Of a stretch of DNA of 64,000 nt, positions 61,903 through 64,000 are shown piece by piece (positions within the stretch are counted from its first letter, which is position 1; each line of letters starts with the position of its first letter). Below the pieces are notes generated by a model, which saw only the letters and a list, made by a program, of their open reading frames with translations, was not told the origin of the DNA and ran no database searches. A program made the translations under genes and the position numbers. The DNA is from Mobula hypostoma (taxonomy: Eukaryota). The stretch lies in contig NC_086109.1 of NCBI RefSeq assembly GCF_963921235.1, positions 65,658,001-65,722,000 on the forward strand, read 5' to 3'.

Positions 61903-64000
61903 CAATTGATAAGGCAATTGCTTAATCCTATTCTCTTACTTTTGGAGAAAACTGTCCAGTCTATCAAGTCTATGACACCTTTCAATACAAACCATCAATC
62001 CCTTTACTTATTCCCCTATAAGCTGTTTTCTATCTTCCGATTCTCTTACCACCCACCAACACTGGGAGTAATTTACAGTAGCCAGTTCACCTTGCATCCA
62101 GAATATACTGTAAATGGAAATTGCAGCCTCCATTGGAAAACTATATGATCACAGGGGAAACACGCAAACTCTAAACAGAGAGCACCCAAGGTCAGGATTA
62201 AATTAGGTTTACTGATGTTGAGAGGCAGTAGCAGTACCCAGTCTGCTGTACATGTTATTTACTCTTCTTCTGCTTTAAGCGATGGCTGATGAGAAGGGCA
62301 ACATTTCCTGTAGCTCAATGCCTGACAGAATCTCTTCAACTTTTGAAGCATCAGCTTGAATGGGAAAGATGGTATACGATGCTGATAAAGAGATTTAGAG
62401 TCTTAGGCCAAAGTTCAAAGTACTTTTTTTAAAATCAATGTAAGTATGCAGTAGACAACCCTGAGATTTGTCTTCCCACAGACAGCCATGAAACGAAGAA
62501 AACCATGGAACCCATTCAAAGAAAAACATCAAACACCGCCCCCACATGCAAACAGCACCAAAAACTGAGCGAAAAACACAGAATATAAAACATCAAATCT
62601 TCAGTCATTGAAAAAATCAAGGAATGTTCAGGTCAGCTCAGTTTAGTTCAATCCAGTGCTGTGCTGTTCACTAACTGAAGGCCACAGCCCCAGTCTTCCC
62701 CAATCAAAGACGCACAAAACTGCAACAGAACAGATGGAACTAGAGACCAGAAACACATCATAACATAAACTACAGAGTCCAGTCCAAAAACAGGGTTGGT
62801 TAAACCTTGACCAAGACCCAGAACTCTGGCACCATCCTCCAGCAGCATCAAGAGACAGAGTGAGGGAGAGAGAGAGAAAACGAACCTAGGCACCTTCGTC
62901 TGGCAGCAGCGAGCGAGAGAGAGAACTGTCACCCACAGACAGGTGAGGAGGCACTGAACACACGCTCGCCTTCTGCTCGCATCCTTGTTGATTTCAATCT
63001 TCCGTGGTGACTTGATCGGCAGGATCGGCCAGGAATGGAGTTGATCACGGGCTTGCGCCCTGCGTCCAGGCTTCTTCGCATCGAGGCCGTGCACTTCGCT
63101 TGAAACCTCACCAAACTCCCTCAGAGGCAGTGAATGCCAGATCACTCAATTGGTCAAAGGAAGTGAAAAAAGTTTCTGAAAGATGTCGCCCTTGATCGTA
63201 TCGTTTACTGATGTCATTTTCTTTAATTAGATTTCAAGGTTAAACCTTTCAGTGGTTGTATTGATGATTGTGGCCTACCTTCACTGCCTTTAACTATAAT
63301 CCTACATTAATTCATTTTTATGCTCCACACACCTGCCCCATCCCTCCTCGAATTCACTCCCACATCCACACACTAGGGACAATTTATAGTGGTCACTTAA
63401 CCAACATATACAGAAGTGATTTGCAGAGATATTTACGCGAGAATCTCTTGATGTCCTCTATTAACTGAATTTGTGGCCTTATCCTACATCTCAAAATAGT
63501 TTTTGGCCTGCAGGTTGGAGAAAAAGGGCAATGGGACTTGTGAGACCTTGGTGAAAGAGGGGACTAGTGATCTCAACTACTCGATTTAAAGGCTGATAAT
63601 AGAGCAACTTCACTGAAGGAATTGTGGTAAATTAAATCGGGCTCAAAGAGAAAGAGAACATTTGGAAAAAGAAGCAAAAACAGAGATCAAAAGTACTAAA
63701 GATTTACAACCGTCAAAATTAGATTTCAAAAAGCTCTGTGGGTTTGTTAAGTTGGCTTAATTTGTTCTTTATACCCAATTAAGTGCCAGTACTAACTTGG
63801 CACAGCAAGTTTTAACAATTAATTTGGCGAAGGCAAGCAGCCATTTTCCTGAGGTGAATTGTAACTTGAGCAGATTTGTAGATTGTGGGTACCTCTTCTT
63901 TGCTTCAAGGTGATAGATGATCTACCTGTCAATAATGTCAAAACACATTGGCATCAATATCCAAATACTGTTCAATTACAAAGGTACAGCTATATGAAAT

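Noticed and set aside
62280-62371. Possible + exon (RWLMRRATFPVAQCLTESLQLLKHQLEWERW)
   Set aside because: Good acceptor but weak donor and no recognisable homology. Candidates near 25514, 28841, 57811 and 63514 were likewise unsupported or contained stops.
1-64000. CRISPR arrays, operons or other prokaryotic systems
   Set aside because: The sequence is spliceosomal-intron vertebrate DNA; the recurring motifs are dispersed TE copies, not regularly spaced repeats.

Overview
Eukaryotic, repeat-dense vertebrate DNA. The repeat content (V-SINE/HE1-like SINEs, CR1, Rex1/Babar-like LINEs, Penelope-like elements) suggests a cartilaginous fish, probably a ray; this is an inference. The only host coding sequence I can support is the 5' part of a MARCHF2/3-family RING-CH E3 ligase on the minus strand: coding exons 4001-4173 and 199-394 with matching splice phase, the gene continuing off the left edge. 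A CpG-rich, probably bidirectional promoter at ~15.4-17.1 kb has divergent splice donors at 16043 (-) and 16278 (+). The partner + strand transcript is unidentified. The rest is mostly nested mobile DNA: CR1, Rex1/Babar-like, RTE-derived, L1/Tx1, Penelope (GIY-YIG, with minimal hammerhead ribozyme motifs), a degenerate Gypsy LTR element with both LTRs, hAT-Charlie elements and MITEs, Tc1 and Tigger remnants, and SINEs. The most unusual object is a 458-bp retroposon (20854-21311) with a 13-bp TSD and an RTE-type tail. It carries a 162-bp, base-exact circularly permuted piece of ZFTRAF1/CYHR1 coding sequence, which looks like a captured small DNA or RNA circle. Boundaries of old repeats are approximate, and family assignments come from recalled motifs, not database searches.
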